Virus record (IMG/VR): IMGVR_UViG_3300009151_000031
DNA: 64,000 nucleotides
From: a virus
Strand: one strand, 5' to 3'
Shown piece after piece: positions 19,598-28,748 of the stretch. The first letter of the stretch is position 1, and each line of letters begins with the position of its first letter. The notes below the pieces were generated by a model that worked only from the letters and a program-made list of their open reading frames with translations, did not search any database and was not told the DNA's origin. Position numbers and translations under genes: made by a program.

Positions 19598-19975
19598 TTA
19601 AGAAGTAGTTAGTGTTTGGCTGCTTTTGTCAAAGTTCAATGAAATCATTTCTGATTGATCGGTTGGAATATAAGATAATGTTAGCTGAACAAGTAATCCA
19701 GTATCTTGTGCAGTAACAGCAATTTGACCGACACGTAATCGTGGGTCGTAACTAACAATTTTTATAATATCTTGAGTAATTATATCCTGTGTGCCTTCGT
19801 CTAGGGGCTCAAACAGCATATCCCATATAATAGTACCAAAGGTAGGTTGCATTAACTTCTGTCCTTTTTTTAGACTGAAGTAATTGAGTAAATCTTGTTT
19901 GGCCAGTTCGTAGTCAGTCAAAGTGTATTTCTTTGAGCTTGTACGTGTACTGAATCCGCGATATGTTATAGCCAT
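19598..19975 (-). CDS. gp25: Baseplate wedge subunit gp25-like (GPW/gp25 family)
   Basis: LTDYELAKQDLLNYF..KKGQKLMQPTFGT.IW.MLFEP...YDPR matches the gp25 family; adjacent to gp6. Confidence 0.85.
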   Translation of the reverse strand: MAITYRGFSTRTSSKKYTLTDYELAKQDLLNYFSLKKGQKLMQPTFGTIIWDMLFEPLDEGTQDIITQDIIKIVSYDPRLRVGQIAVTAQDTGLLVQLTLSYIPTDQSEMISLNFDKSSQTLTTS

Positions 19976-19982
19976 ATTGTAT

Positions 19983-20621
19983 TTATCGACTTAAAATAGT
20001 GATAGCGTAACGTCCGCTATTGTAAGAGTCTGTGCCGTTGCCCACGCCCGAGTACCTCCAAGCATACGCACCAGTCCCTGATATTTGTGTCATGGTTGGC
20101 TTTGATCCGGTACCCAAGGTCCAGCCTGTATAAATCATGCCAGCAACAACATCGTTTGTGTCATTGACCTGTATGCTTTCGTTTGCCACTAACGCATTGT
20201 ATAGGTCATATACCGCCCGATATGCTAGCTGTTCCTGTGCGGCATTGCTAGATAAAAATCCAGACAAACTTGTGATATTATACTCAATTGAACCTGATTG
20301 CCAACAATTGGCATAGTTTACACAATCTGTTCCGTAATGCTGGTTAGATCCTACAGCAAGAAATCCATAGATCTCTAATGCTTGTGTACTAAACTGATAT
20401 CTTCCCAGTCGATTGTCTGCGCCCACCAGGGTGTAATCCCAGGCGCTTTTATCATATGCAATTTGAGCTATTAAGTTTTGAACTTCGGTATTAGATAATC
20501 TATCTATGCTGGATGTAGCCGGCATTGTTATCGGTGCATCTGCTCGACCCAGCCAGCTGACCGGCAATGGATTTGTTATCCCTTGTTTGGTTGCTTGCTG
20601 TGGTCCAATATTTTGTAACAT
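19983..20621 (-). CDS. Lysozyme/transglycosylase-fold baseplate protein, probably lacking the catalytic Glu
   Basis: LGRYQF and FLSSNAAQE motifs of lysozyme-like folds. The likely start is the ATG at 20621, right after the gp5 stop (the ORF track extends it to 20657). Confidence 0.55.
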   Translation of the reverse strand: MLQNIGPQQATKQGITNPLPVSWLGRADAPITMPATSSIDRLSNTEVQNLIAQIAYDKSAWDYTLVGADNRLGRYQFSTQALEIYGFLAVGSNQHYGTDCVNYANCWQSGSIEYNITSLSGFLSSNAAQEQLAYRAVYDLYNALVANESIQVNDTNDVVAGMIYTGWTLGTGSKPTMTQISGTGAYAWRYSGVGNGTDSYNSGRYAITILSR

Positions 20622-20622
20622 A

Positions 20623-22215
20623 TTATAAGAAGCTTGCTGCCGCCTGATAACCACCACTGTTTGCGGCCATCTGCGCTATGCCAGCGGCCATTTGTAACTT
20701 GCCGTTGCCCATTGCTGTACGATCCCACGGCTCATGTGTTGGAACAATAGCACAGGTTGAATCTACTTTTGTGGCTCCAGAAATCCATTGTTTACCAACA
20801 ACTGATGTGTCAGGTAACTTGTTTGGTATTGGCGGAAGTTGAAACACTGGTGGTATCGGTGGTGTGGCCTTGGCGCAATTCAATGACAGCACCGATCCAT
20901 CTATGGCCATTATGCCCATAGCGCCAATTGACATTGCGGCTCCTGCGCTTATGCTTGCGGCACCAACTGCGCTCATTTTTAATAAGCCGCCGGCGGCAAC
21001 GCTTACTGCACCATATGCGCTTATATTAACTAGTCCATTGGCTTTGACTGACGTGGCCATCTGTGAACTGGTACTCAATGTACCCCATGAGTTGATACTG
21101 ATACTTGGAATAATGCCCGCGGCCGCGATCAGCTTGTTTGGGCCAGCCACACTATTGATGTTTGGTATTGCATCTATTTTGATATGTGGCGCACACATAG
21201 TGATATTGGTGTCACTGTGCATGTTGATTGGGCCACTGCTACGCATATTAAATCCGCCACCGGCAAATACATTTATAGACCCGTTTGGACTAAACTCTAA
21301 CCATTGGCTACCACTAGAACTACCAATATATAAAACTTGTTCAGTATCGTTCATTAATATCTGATGTCCAGCACTGGTACGCAATCTAATTAGTTGATCT
21401 GTTCCGTCCTTGTCGCCATCGTCCATAACAAAACTATGTCCAGCATTTCTAAAAAATACAACTTCATCGTTTCCGGGTGCTTGATCAGTTGGTGTAGCTT
21501 TACGCCCTGGTGTACTAATACCATAAACGTTACTTGGGGCTTCTCGCATACTACTTGAGCTAATAGCACCACGTACTTTATCTCTATCTAATCCTTGTCG
21601 AACATATGATGACATAGCACCAGGGTGTGTATACCTTGGGGTGTTAATTAGTCCGTCGGCATCAAATGCGCCTTCCGATGATATATTATATTCACTAACC
21701 GGGGCATTTGAGTCGCTTTTAATTATTTCGTCAAATGCGCCTATGCCAGTTGGCTTAGTATTTTCGCTTCCGCCAATGTTACGAGCAATGCCAGGCACCA
21801 TATGATGACTTGGGCTATCGTAAATACAGGCAAACCAATAACCACGTTGCATATCACCAGCAACAAACGTAACTAATACTTTATTACCGATGTCTGGCGG
21901 ACAAAACCACATACCATAACTTTGTCCTGAGGTTAATGCGCTATCTGGATTTGTTCCTGCGTCGGCGCCAAATGTAGTTCCGTAAAAAGGACTTGCATAA
22001 CTTACAACAATTTGATTTGAATTGCCACCGGCTTCTGGGTTTTCAACTGTTCCGCCAAATTCTGGGATAGTAACGATTAGCTGTCCCATACGACTGCCTT
22101 CAACGTGTCCTTGGACGATTGCTTCGTATGGTCCTGGATCTACACTAGAGCCAGTTTTCTTACTGTCTGCTTTTGCAGTTTTACTCGGACCTCGATATCT
22201 TTCATTAGTTGCCAT
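20623..22215 (-). CDS. gp5: Baseplate central spike gp5-like (OB-fold plus beta-helix, no lysozyme domain)
   Basis: YASPFYG...SYGMWFCPPDIGNKVLVTF...YWFAC OB-fold, GHSFVMDD...IRLRTSAGHQILMND beta-helix repeats and a terminal VPTHEPW. Confidence 0.8.
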   Translation of the reverse strand: MATNERYRGPSKTAKADSKKTGSSVDPGPYEAIVQGHVEGSRMGQLIVTIPEFGGTVENPEAGGNSNQIVVSYASPFYGTTFGADAGTNPDSALTSGQSYGMWFCPPDIGNKVLVTFVAGDMQRGYWFACIYDSPSHHMVPGIARNIGGSENTKPTGIGAFDEIIKSDSNAPVSEYNISSEGAFDADGLINTPRYTHPGAMSSYVRQGLDRDKVRGAISSSSMREAPSNVYGISTPGRKATPTDQAPGNDEVVFFRNAGHSFVMDDGDKDGTDQLIRLRTSAGHQILMNDTEQVLYIGSSSGSQWLEFSPNGSINVFAGGGFNMRSSGPINMHSDTNITMCAPHIKIDAIPNINSVAGPNKLIAAAGIIPSISINSWGTLSTSSQMATSVKANGLVNISAYGAVSVAAGGLLKMSAVGAASISAGAAMSIGAMGIMAIDGSVLSLNCAKATPPIPPVFQLPPIPNKLPDTSVVGKQWISGATKVDSTCAIVPTHEPWDRTAMGNGKLQMAAGIAQMAANSGGYQAAASFL

Positions 22216-22228
22216 TATTGATTATTCC

Positions 22229-24361
22229 TTAAAAGTTTCCTGCGGTAAAGTCCATGCCGCCAGGTGTTGCCAACGGATTGTCCCTCCCAGTTACTATACT
22301 AGGTAATGTTTGCGGAACTACCGGAGTTACTATTACAGGTTTTGTAGGTGTTATAACCTTATTAGTTGTTTTGTTAGTCTCTGTTGATTCGCGCTGATTA
22401 TCTTGGCTTGTGCTTGTTGCTGAAGACCCGTTGGTTACTGGCGCCGAACCTGCATTGTATTCTTGATTGTCAATGCGTACACAGTTAACAGTTTGTGTAA
22501 ACGTGCCTTTTGAAAATACATTATTAATGGTTGTTGTTGTATACAATCCGCTAAACACTGAACTACTAGTACCGTTACGAGTCATTGGCGGAAATGTTAG
22601 GCCAGTATTTAAGTATTCGTTGTCGGCATCAACCGGAGTATTGATCTGTAGGCCAATTACCACTGGCATAATATCCATACGGATGTGGCCATATTTATTA
22701 GCAAACTCAGCCTGACTTAAAGTATGCCAGTTATTATAGTCACCTGACGTATTGGGACTTGGACTATATAACCAGTCGTCTTGTTTCATTAATGTAGGAT
22801 CTCCTACAATGTCTAGCTTAATTACAAGCATGTCTGCGTCAGTTTTTTGTTGTTTAGACTTTAGCACATCCATACCTATGATAGATTTTGCCTGGCCTCT
22901 GAGTCCCTGCGATATACTCATGTCACTTATTATGGTTTCAATCCTAGTAGGTGCAATAACAGGAGTATTTTTTAACTGTGGTAATATTGAATTAATTAAA
23001 AAACTTGGAGTTAGTGCATATCCACTAGACGCCACATATTCTGCCTGATTCTGTTTCTTAGATTCTGCTGTAACTTGTCCGGCACCAACATTGTTAGCAT
23101 ACGCAATTACAGCAGTATAGTATGCCAGATTGAGAGTTATATCAAGTTTTAAAATATCAGTGTTTTGCCCAGTGAAGGTATAATTATACAGCTTAGTTAC
23201 AAACCGCCTAGCATCCGAGAATTGACCTGGATCTATTGTATGCCGTCCGCCAAAGGTTGCATGTTGATGTATTCTATAAGTAAATGCGTAAGATAATTTG
23301 CCGCGGGCAATGTCTTTAGCGGCTGCACCAGTAGAGACACCGCCGCCGCCATCAGTACCTTGTATTAAACTTTGTACTGTGGTTTTATATGTGTTAACAA
23401 TAGTACCTAGATTGGCATCTGGCTTTACTTGGTATATTCCAAGTTGGTCGTCGGTCCAAAACGAACATTGTGCAAATAATCTCTGTATAATGTCATTTAT
23501 ATCTTCGCCGGCAGTAAAGATAAATGGTGCTTTTCCAAGGGCCGCATCTTGAGAACTTGGAGTAACTTGACTTAACGGCATAGTCTTTGGGTTAGTTACT
23601 TTGCTTTCTTGTATATCTTTATCAATATCAAATTTTAATGTGCTTGCAAACTTTCTATGTCCTAGAGCAACTTCGGTAGCATAATATTTGTTATATTCTT
23701 TTGCTAGTTCGTCTAATACTTCTTTAAATGTTGCACCGGCAACATTTATCTGTCTCGGTAATTTACAATTAACCGATGAATATGCTTCAAACGATATAGG
23801 ATTTGCTGTACATGCATATGAAGATCCTTCTACGCCGACCTTTACTTTCATACCAGATATTTTAATAGGATATCTTTTCATAAATTTGTCGGTTTCGCTT
23901 TTTGGAACTTGATTTCCTTGATCATCGTACCCAAAAAATTCAATTTGTAAAAGGAATGGTTGATCTATATAGTCAACACCTTTTTCTAGTCCGTACATTA
24001 TTAGTACGTCTAACAAAGTTGATCCATACGGTTCTGTAATTTTAAACTTACACGATAAATTATTGGTCTGACCACGATCGGTTGCTGGTTGTATATGTGT
24101 TACTAGTTCTACATCACTTAGGTTATAATTTAATCCCCCTGTTCCCGGCAAGCGTTGTCGAGGGTACAGCCCCGAATCTTCGGCCAATACATAACTCTTA
24201 GTTAATTTGTATTCCATTGCGCCTTTAACGTCAGCTTCGCTGGCTAGGCCATTATAATCGTCGATATCAAGCCACCACAAACTCAATGCATAGGTGTACG
24301 ATGCAAATTTATGTAGCGGGTTTGGTACTAATGCTGTTGGTATTGGTTTTTTTACACTCAT
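22229..24361 (-). CDS. Baseplate hub protein (gp27-like)
   Basis: 710 aa starting NPLHKFASYTYALSLW, with ITEPYG, PFLLQIEFFGY, YNYTFTGQNTDI, LDIVGDP and FSGLY motifs; immediately upstream of gp5. Confidence 0.6.
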   Translation of the reverse strand: MSVKKPIPTALVPNPLHKFASYTYALSLWWLDIDDYNGLASEADVKGAMEYKLTKSYVLAEDSGLYPRQRLPGTGGLNYNLSDVELVTHIQPATDRGQTNNLSCKFKITEPYGSTLLDVLIMYGLEKGVDYIDQPFLLQIEFFGYDDQGNQVPKSETDKFMKRYPIKISGMKVKVGVEGSSYACTANPISFEAYSSVNCKLPRQINVAGATFKEVLDELAKEYNKYYATEVALGHRKFASTLKFDIDKDIQESKVTNPKTMPLSQVTPSSQDAALGKAPFIFTAGEDINDIIQRLFAQCSFWTDDQLGIYQVKPDANLGTIVNTYKTTVQSLIQGTDGGGGVSTGAAAKDIARGKLSYAFTYRIHQHATFGGRHTIDPGQFSDARRFVTKLYNYTFTGQNTDILKLDITLNLAYYTAVIAYANNVGAGQVTAESKKQNQAEYVASSGYALTPSFLINSILPQLKNTPVIAPTRIETIISDMSISQGLRGQAKSIIGMDVLKSKQQKTDADMLVIKLDIVGDPTLMKQDDWLYSPSPNTSGDYNNWHTLSQAEFANKYGHIRMDIMPVVIGLQINTPVDADNEYLNTGLTFPPMTRNGTSSSVFSGLYTTTTINNVFSKGTFTQTVNCVRIDNQEYNAGSAPVTNGSSATSTSQDNQRESTETNKTTNKVITPTKPVIVTPVVPQTLPSIVTGRDNPLATPGGMDFTAGNF

Positions 24362-24364
24362 TGA

Positions 24365-24667
24365 TTAATACCCAATGGCTTGATTAACTACTGCCAGAGT
24401 TGGCACGTAGATTATTGTCCCAGATGTAAAACTTAATAAAGGATCTAATAAGATATCAGGATTGCGTACAGAAAATACCCACCATAATCCGCTATTTTTG
24501 TACATGTCATATGCTAATAGATCTGGACGAAGATTATATGCCGAATCAATTTGATATACTGCATCAGTTACATCAGCTGGTATTGTTTTTCCGGACCACA
24601 CATCAAGAAATGGTCCCCACGTACTTGTGCCATGATATAGACTTGATTTACTATAAGACGCCGACAT
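24365..24667 (-). CDS. gp53: Baseplate wedge gp53-like (LysM-like)
   Basis: RPDLLAYDMY..SGLWWVF..RN...DP...F..G..IYVP is the gp53 pattern. Confidence 0.75.
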   Translation of the reverse strand: MSASYSKSSLYHGTSTWGPFLDVWSGKTIPADVTDAVYQIDSAYNLRPDLLAYDMYKNSGLWWVFSVRNPDILLDPLLSFTSGTIIYVPTLAVVNQAIGY

Positions 24668-25665
24668 TATAGGAATCCTCCATTTTGTCCGCCCTTGGAC
24701 GCATTTGCAGGCTGTTGTGTTGCACCAAATGCGCTTGATGGCATTCCTGCGCCTGACCTATTAACCAATGCTCCTGCTGAAAAATCAGCAAGACTAAAGC
24801 CTTGGCTTTGTGCGTATCTACTGTAAACTGGTTGCAGACTCAGTGTTACTGTACTAGTAGTTGGCATACGGGTGCTGTTTAATCTATAATTTTGAAATTG
24901 CGGATTATAACCTTTGTTGGTTGCGGCTGGCTCAGGAATATCTATGTAGTCGCATTCCGGTGGCATAGTGTGACTAAAACTTGTAACTACACAAGGTACA
25001 TTAGGCAAATAGTATTGACCGTAGCCATTTAAATACACAATAGGAGGTGGGTTACCGGCCATCGGGTCTGCGCCAAAAAACATTTTTGTACAGGATCTGA
25101 AGAAATATATTACTGCCAATAGATATTGTCCTTCATTTACATTTTGTACTGTGAAGGTTGCATTAAGAGAAATTGCGGCAACTTCTGAGAAATTATAAGC
25201 ATAGTGTTTATAATTACTGTGTGTTAATTCAACTGGTGTGTAACTTGCCGTATGAGTTACGGTTACTTGTGGGGTATAGGGAAATACAACACCTACACGC
25301 TTAGATCCGCCACTGGCAAAAATATTGCTGACTTGTCCTTGTATAGCACTGGTGCCGCCGCCTGTCTCTTTGATTAATGGACTTAATAAAATATTACTAG
25401 GATCATTGTAAAAGTAATTACTACCTGGTGCTAAACTAACTCTAACACGCCAATCGTTTGAGGCATTTGGGTAAATTAATACTGGACTTGGGCCTGTTGT
25501 TTTGTCGCTGTACTTAAACATATCAGCCACGTTTTGGCGGGTGCTTGCGGCACTCAGTCCAACAGACCCCAGTAGCCCGGAGGTTACTGCCGAGCCAATT
25601 TGGGCGCCAAAGCCGCCGGTTCCGCCGCTGGCTCCTGGTAGCACTGAATTTGGTAATACTGGCAT
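24667..25665 (-). CDS. Baseplate-tail tube junction/initiator protein (gp48/gp54-like)
   Basis: DWRVRVSL, GVVFPYTP, FFRSCTKMFFG and PPPIVYLNGYGQYYLPNVPCVVTSF are tube-fold motifs; directly upstream of gp53. Confidence 0.6.
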   Translation of the reverse strand: MPVLPNSVLPGASGGTGGFGAQIGSAVTSGLLGSVGLSAASTRQNVADMFKYSDKTTGPSPVLIYPNASNDWRVRVSLAPGSNYFYNDPSNILLSPLIKETGGGTSAIQGQVSNIFASGGSKRVGVVFPYTPQVTVTHTASYTPVELTHSNYKHYAYNFSEVAAISLNATFTVQNVNEGQYLLAVIYFFRSCTKMFFGADPMAGNPPPIVYLNGYGQYYLPNVPCVVTSFSHTMPPECDYIDIPEPAATNKGYNPQFQNYRLNSTRMPTTSTVTLSLQPVYSRYAQSQGFSLADFSAGALVNRSGAGMPSSAFGATQQPANASKGGQNGGFL

Positions 25666-25686
25666 AATTAGATCCTGTTTATACAG

Positions 25687-25692
25687 TATTTA
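25687..25692 (-). promoter_or_regulatory. Late promoter TAAATA heading the baseplate operon
   Basis: TAAATA about 21 nt upstream of the ATG at 25665, with an AGGA RBS in between. Confidence 0.7.
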
Positions 25693-25737
25693 TTACCTTA
25701 TATAAACGGCTAATATTATGTTACTTTTATAAAGAGG

Positions 25738-25767
25738 TTGACCTTTGAAACGTAAATATGTTAGTAT
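25738..25767 (+). promoter_or_regulatory. Sigma70-like promoter for gp55
   Basis: TTGACC-18 nt-TAGTAT upstream of the gp55 RBS (AAGGA). Confidence 0.5.
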
Positions 25768-25793
25768 GCACTAACTGTTAAGGAAACAACTAA

Positions 25794-26681
25794 ATGGCAC
25801 GTAATAACTATCTCAATAATAAAGATATTTTAAAAGAGATCCACAAAAGCAAAACATCGTATTGTTGTTTTGACGATATAGAAGATAATGCATACGACAT
25901 GATTCTTCCAGATGTTGCTAAAATAAACAAAAAGAATATACTGCAAGCTCGTAAAGATCGCGCTGAACGGTTAGCTAAGTTAGCGCACGAAGCCGCTACA
26001 GCAGATGGTACAAAAGCCAAACTTGCTGAATTTGAAGTCAAACTCAAAGATGTTGCAGACACAGATATAGTGTTCCGGGTAATGACGTGGGAACATATCC
26101 CAATCGATGATGTTAAATCACGTAAAGCCGCTGTCAAAGCATATGAACTAGATGATGACGCCCCAGTTCGGTCAGAGTATGACGATGATGAACTAGACAT
26201 TGCTGGCAATACCAAATACGTCAAATGTAACTTTCCCCCTTTCTTTCATTACAAGGTTTCCGATGCGGGCGAACCAATTATTGTGGGCAAGAGCCACTGG
26301 AAGGGTACACTTAAAAAGGGTGAGTTTAGCCGTGAACACGGAAAAATGACTCCTAAGTTGGCACACATGTTTATTAAATTGTGCGAACGTTACGCTACAC
26401 GCAGTAACTGGCGTGGTTATACTTACAACGATGAAATGCGTAGTCAAGCACTACTTCAATTATCGCAAATTGGACTGCAATTTGATGAATTTAAATCACA
26501 AAACCCTTTTGCTTATTATACTGCCGCTATTACTAATAGTTTTACTCGAGTACTTAATATTGAGAAGCGTAATCAGAATCTGCGAGATGATATTTTAGAA
26601 ATGAACAATCTAAGCCCAAGTTACACACGCCAGGGAATGAAAATTAGTTCAGGCAGTGACGGTGGTGGCTACGACGATTGA
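25794..26681 (+). CDS. gp55: Late-transcription sigma factor gp55-like
   Basis: N-terminal NYLNNKDIL and C-terminal NWRGYTYNDEMRSQAL...FDEFKSQNPFAYYTAAITNSF..VLNIEKRNQ correspond to T4 gp55 motifs. Confidence 0.85.
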   Translation: MARNNYLNNKDILKEIHKSKTSYCCFDDIEDNAYDMILPDVAKINKKNILQARKDRAERLAKLAHEAATADGTKAKLAEFEVKLKDVADTDIVFRVMTWEHIPIDDVKSRKAAVKAYELDDDAPVRSEYDDDELDIAGNTKYVKCNFPPFFHYKVSDAGEPIIVGKSHWKGTLKKGEFSREHGKMTPKLAHMFIKLCERYATRSNWRGYTYNDEMRSQALLQLSQIGLQFDEFKSQNPFAYYTAAITNSFTRVLNIEKRNQNLRDDILEMNNLSPSYTRQGMKISSGSDGGGYDD

Positions 26682-26692
26682 GCAAATCGATC

Positions 26693-26721
26693 TTGCAATT
26701 ATCAAAATAAACCTGTATAGT
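26693..26721 (+). promoter_or_regulatory. Sigma70-like promoter for gp47, possibly giving a leaderless mRNA
   Basis: TTGCAA-17 nt-TATAGT; the ATG follows 7 nt later with no Shine-Dalgarno. Confidence 0.6.
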
Positions 26722-26728
26722 ATTAGCT

Positions 26729-27748
26729 ATGACTAATCTATTCCGTAAGGCCGCGATCTTCACTGACATTCACTTTGGATTAAAATCAAACAGCCAAACG
26801 CACAACGATGACTGTTTGAATTTTGTTAAATGGGCAACTGCCAAAGCTCGAGAAGAAGGATGCGATACTGCCATGTTCTTGGGCGATTGGCACAATAATC
26901 GTGCATCGATCAATATTCTTACACTTCAATACAGCTTGCAAGCACTGGAGCATTTAAATGATAATTTTGAAACCGTATTCTTTATTCCTGGTAATCATGA
27001 TTTGTATTATCGGGATAAAAGAGATGTACAGAGCGTGGAATGGGCAAAGCATCTCAAGAACATCCATATTTGCAACGATTGGACTACTATCGGTGATGTC
27101 ACTATTGCCCCTTGGCTGGTAGGTGATGACTTCAAGAAGTTAAAGAAATTAAAAGGTAAATATTTGTTTGGGCACTTTGAATTGCCCGGGTACTTGATGA
27201 ATGCCATGGTTGCTATGCCGGACCACGGTGAAGTAGATCCTAAAAACGATATGAAAGGATTTGAACATGTGTTCTCTGGCCACTTTCATAAACGTCAAAC
27301 TAAAGGTAATATCACTTACCTAGGTAATTGTTTCCCACACAACTATGCAGACGCCGGCGACGATGATCGTGGCTTAATGATCCTAGAATGGGATAAAGAA
27401 CCTGTATATCATGCTTGGCCCGATCAACCTATGTATCGTGTGTTCCAACTAAGTGATGTACTCAAACACACAGAAGTTATGCTTCGACCCAATATGCATG
27501 TTCGAGTTAATTTAGACATTGATATCAGTTACGAAGAAGCTACCTTTATCAAAGAAACATTCATTGAAACATATAAGTTACGTGAAATTACAATTATTCC
27601 AGCTAAGGTAACTGATTTAACTGATTATGAAATACAAGGTAACATAGAATTTGAATCTGTAGATCAAATTGTGTACAGCCAGTTGAGCACAATCGACAGT
27701 GAACAGTTTAACAAGAACTTATTGCTAGACATCTATAGAAACCTCTAA
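26729..27748 (+). CDS. gp47: Recombination endonuclease subunit gp47 (Mre11/SbcD metallophosphoesterase)
   Basis: FTDIHFG, FLGDW, PGNHD, GHFE and SGHFHKR phosphoesterase motifs. Confidence 0.92.
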   Translation: MTNLFRKAAIFTDIHFGLKSNSQTHNDDCLNFVKWATAKAREEGCDTAMFLGDWHNNRASINILTLQYSLQALEHLNDNFETVFFIPGNHDLYYRDKRDVQSVEWAKHLKNIHICNDWTTIGDVTIAPWLVGDDFKKLKKLKGKYLFGHFELPGYLMNAMVAMPDHGEVDPKNDMKGFEHVFSGHFHKRQTKGNITYLGNCFPHNYADAGDDDRGLMILEWDKEPVYHAWPDQPMYRVFQLSDVLKHTEVMLRPNMHVRVNLDIDISYEEATFIKETFIETYKLREITIIPAKVTDLTDYEIQGNIEFESVDQIVYSQLSTIDSEQFNKNLLLDIYRNL

Positions 27749-27755
27749 GGGTTTT

Positions 27756-28748
27756 ATGTACAAGTTTGAGGATTTACGCAGGCTAGAAATCGAGCCAACA
27801 AACACATGTCAGGCTCGATGTCCTCAATGTTTACGCACCCCTGCAGATGGTAGTGTTAACCGTACACTCAAAGACGAATTAAGTTTAGCGGTGATTAAAC
27901 AACAAATTCCAGTAGAGTTTTGGCAACAATTAACCAGTATCAACTTCCAAGGTAGTACAGGCGATGCATTAGCATACCCCGATCTTGTAGAATTAATACA
28001 CTACATGAAACAGCACACGCAAGCACAGTTTAGTATACACACAAACGGCGGACTCGGATCACGTACAACATGGCAAGGGTTAGCAGACGTACTAGATGCC
28101 AACGACAAAGTCATATTTGGCATTGACGGATTAGCTGACACTAATCATTTATACCGTGTGGCTGTAGACTTTGCTACTGTAGTTAAAAATGCAACAACAT
28201 TTATTACAGCAGGTGGTACCGCACATTGGCAATATATCACTTTTAAACATAACCAACATCAAGTTGCCGAAGCCGAACAACTAAGCAAAGATTTGGGCTT
28301 TAAGAGTTTTTACCTGCGTACTTCTGGCAGATTCACTAATGCCAACTACCAAGACGTTTATGCCAACGGTCGAGTTACACATCGCATTGAGCCCAGCGAC
28401 ATTTCATTTGAGCAACCTATACACTTTGAACATAGACTTAAAAGTGATATTAAAACAGCTAAAATTTCTTGCGAAGCTATTCATACTAAATGGGTTGCTA
28501 TCTACGCAGACGGCACAGTATGGCCCTGCTGCCATTTGATGGGCTGGCACCAAACACACACTCATAACATTTCTAAATTAATTAATCGTAAGCTAGATGA
28601 TGTTATAGAAGATTACACAAACATAAGTTTGCACACGCATACCTTAAACGAAATTATTAATAGCCCGGTGTTTCAAACAAATTACCCCACTAGTTTTGAT
28701 AGCGCACAGCCTATTCCGGTATGCGTAAGTCACTGTAGAAAACAATGA
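27756..28748 (+). CDS. Radical SAM protein with a C-terminal SPASM/twitch-like domain (type A1)
   Basis: TCQARCPQC (CxxxCxxC), GDAL, TNGG and IDG motifs; C-terminal C...IYADGTVWPCC...CVSHC. Confidence 0.9.
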   Translation: MYKFEDLRRLEIEPTNTCQARCPQCLRTPADGSVNRTLKDELSLAVIKQQIPVEFWQQLTSINFQGSTGDALAYPDLVELIHYMKQHTQAQFSIHTNGGLGSRTTWQGLADVLDANDKVIFGIDGLADTNHLYRVAVDFATVVKNATTFITAGGTAHWQYITFKHNQHQVAEAEQLSKDLGFKSFYLRTSGRFTNANYQDVYANGRVTHRIEPSDISFEQPIHFEHRLKSDIKTAKISCEAIHTKWVAIYADGTVWPCCHLMGWHQTHTHNISKLINRKLDDVIEDYTNISLHTHTLNEIINSPVFQTNYPTSFDSAQPIPVCVSHCRKQ

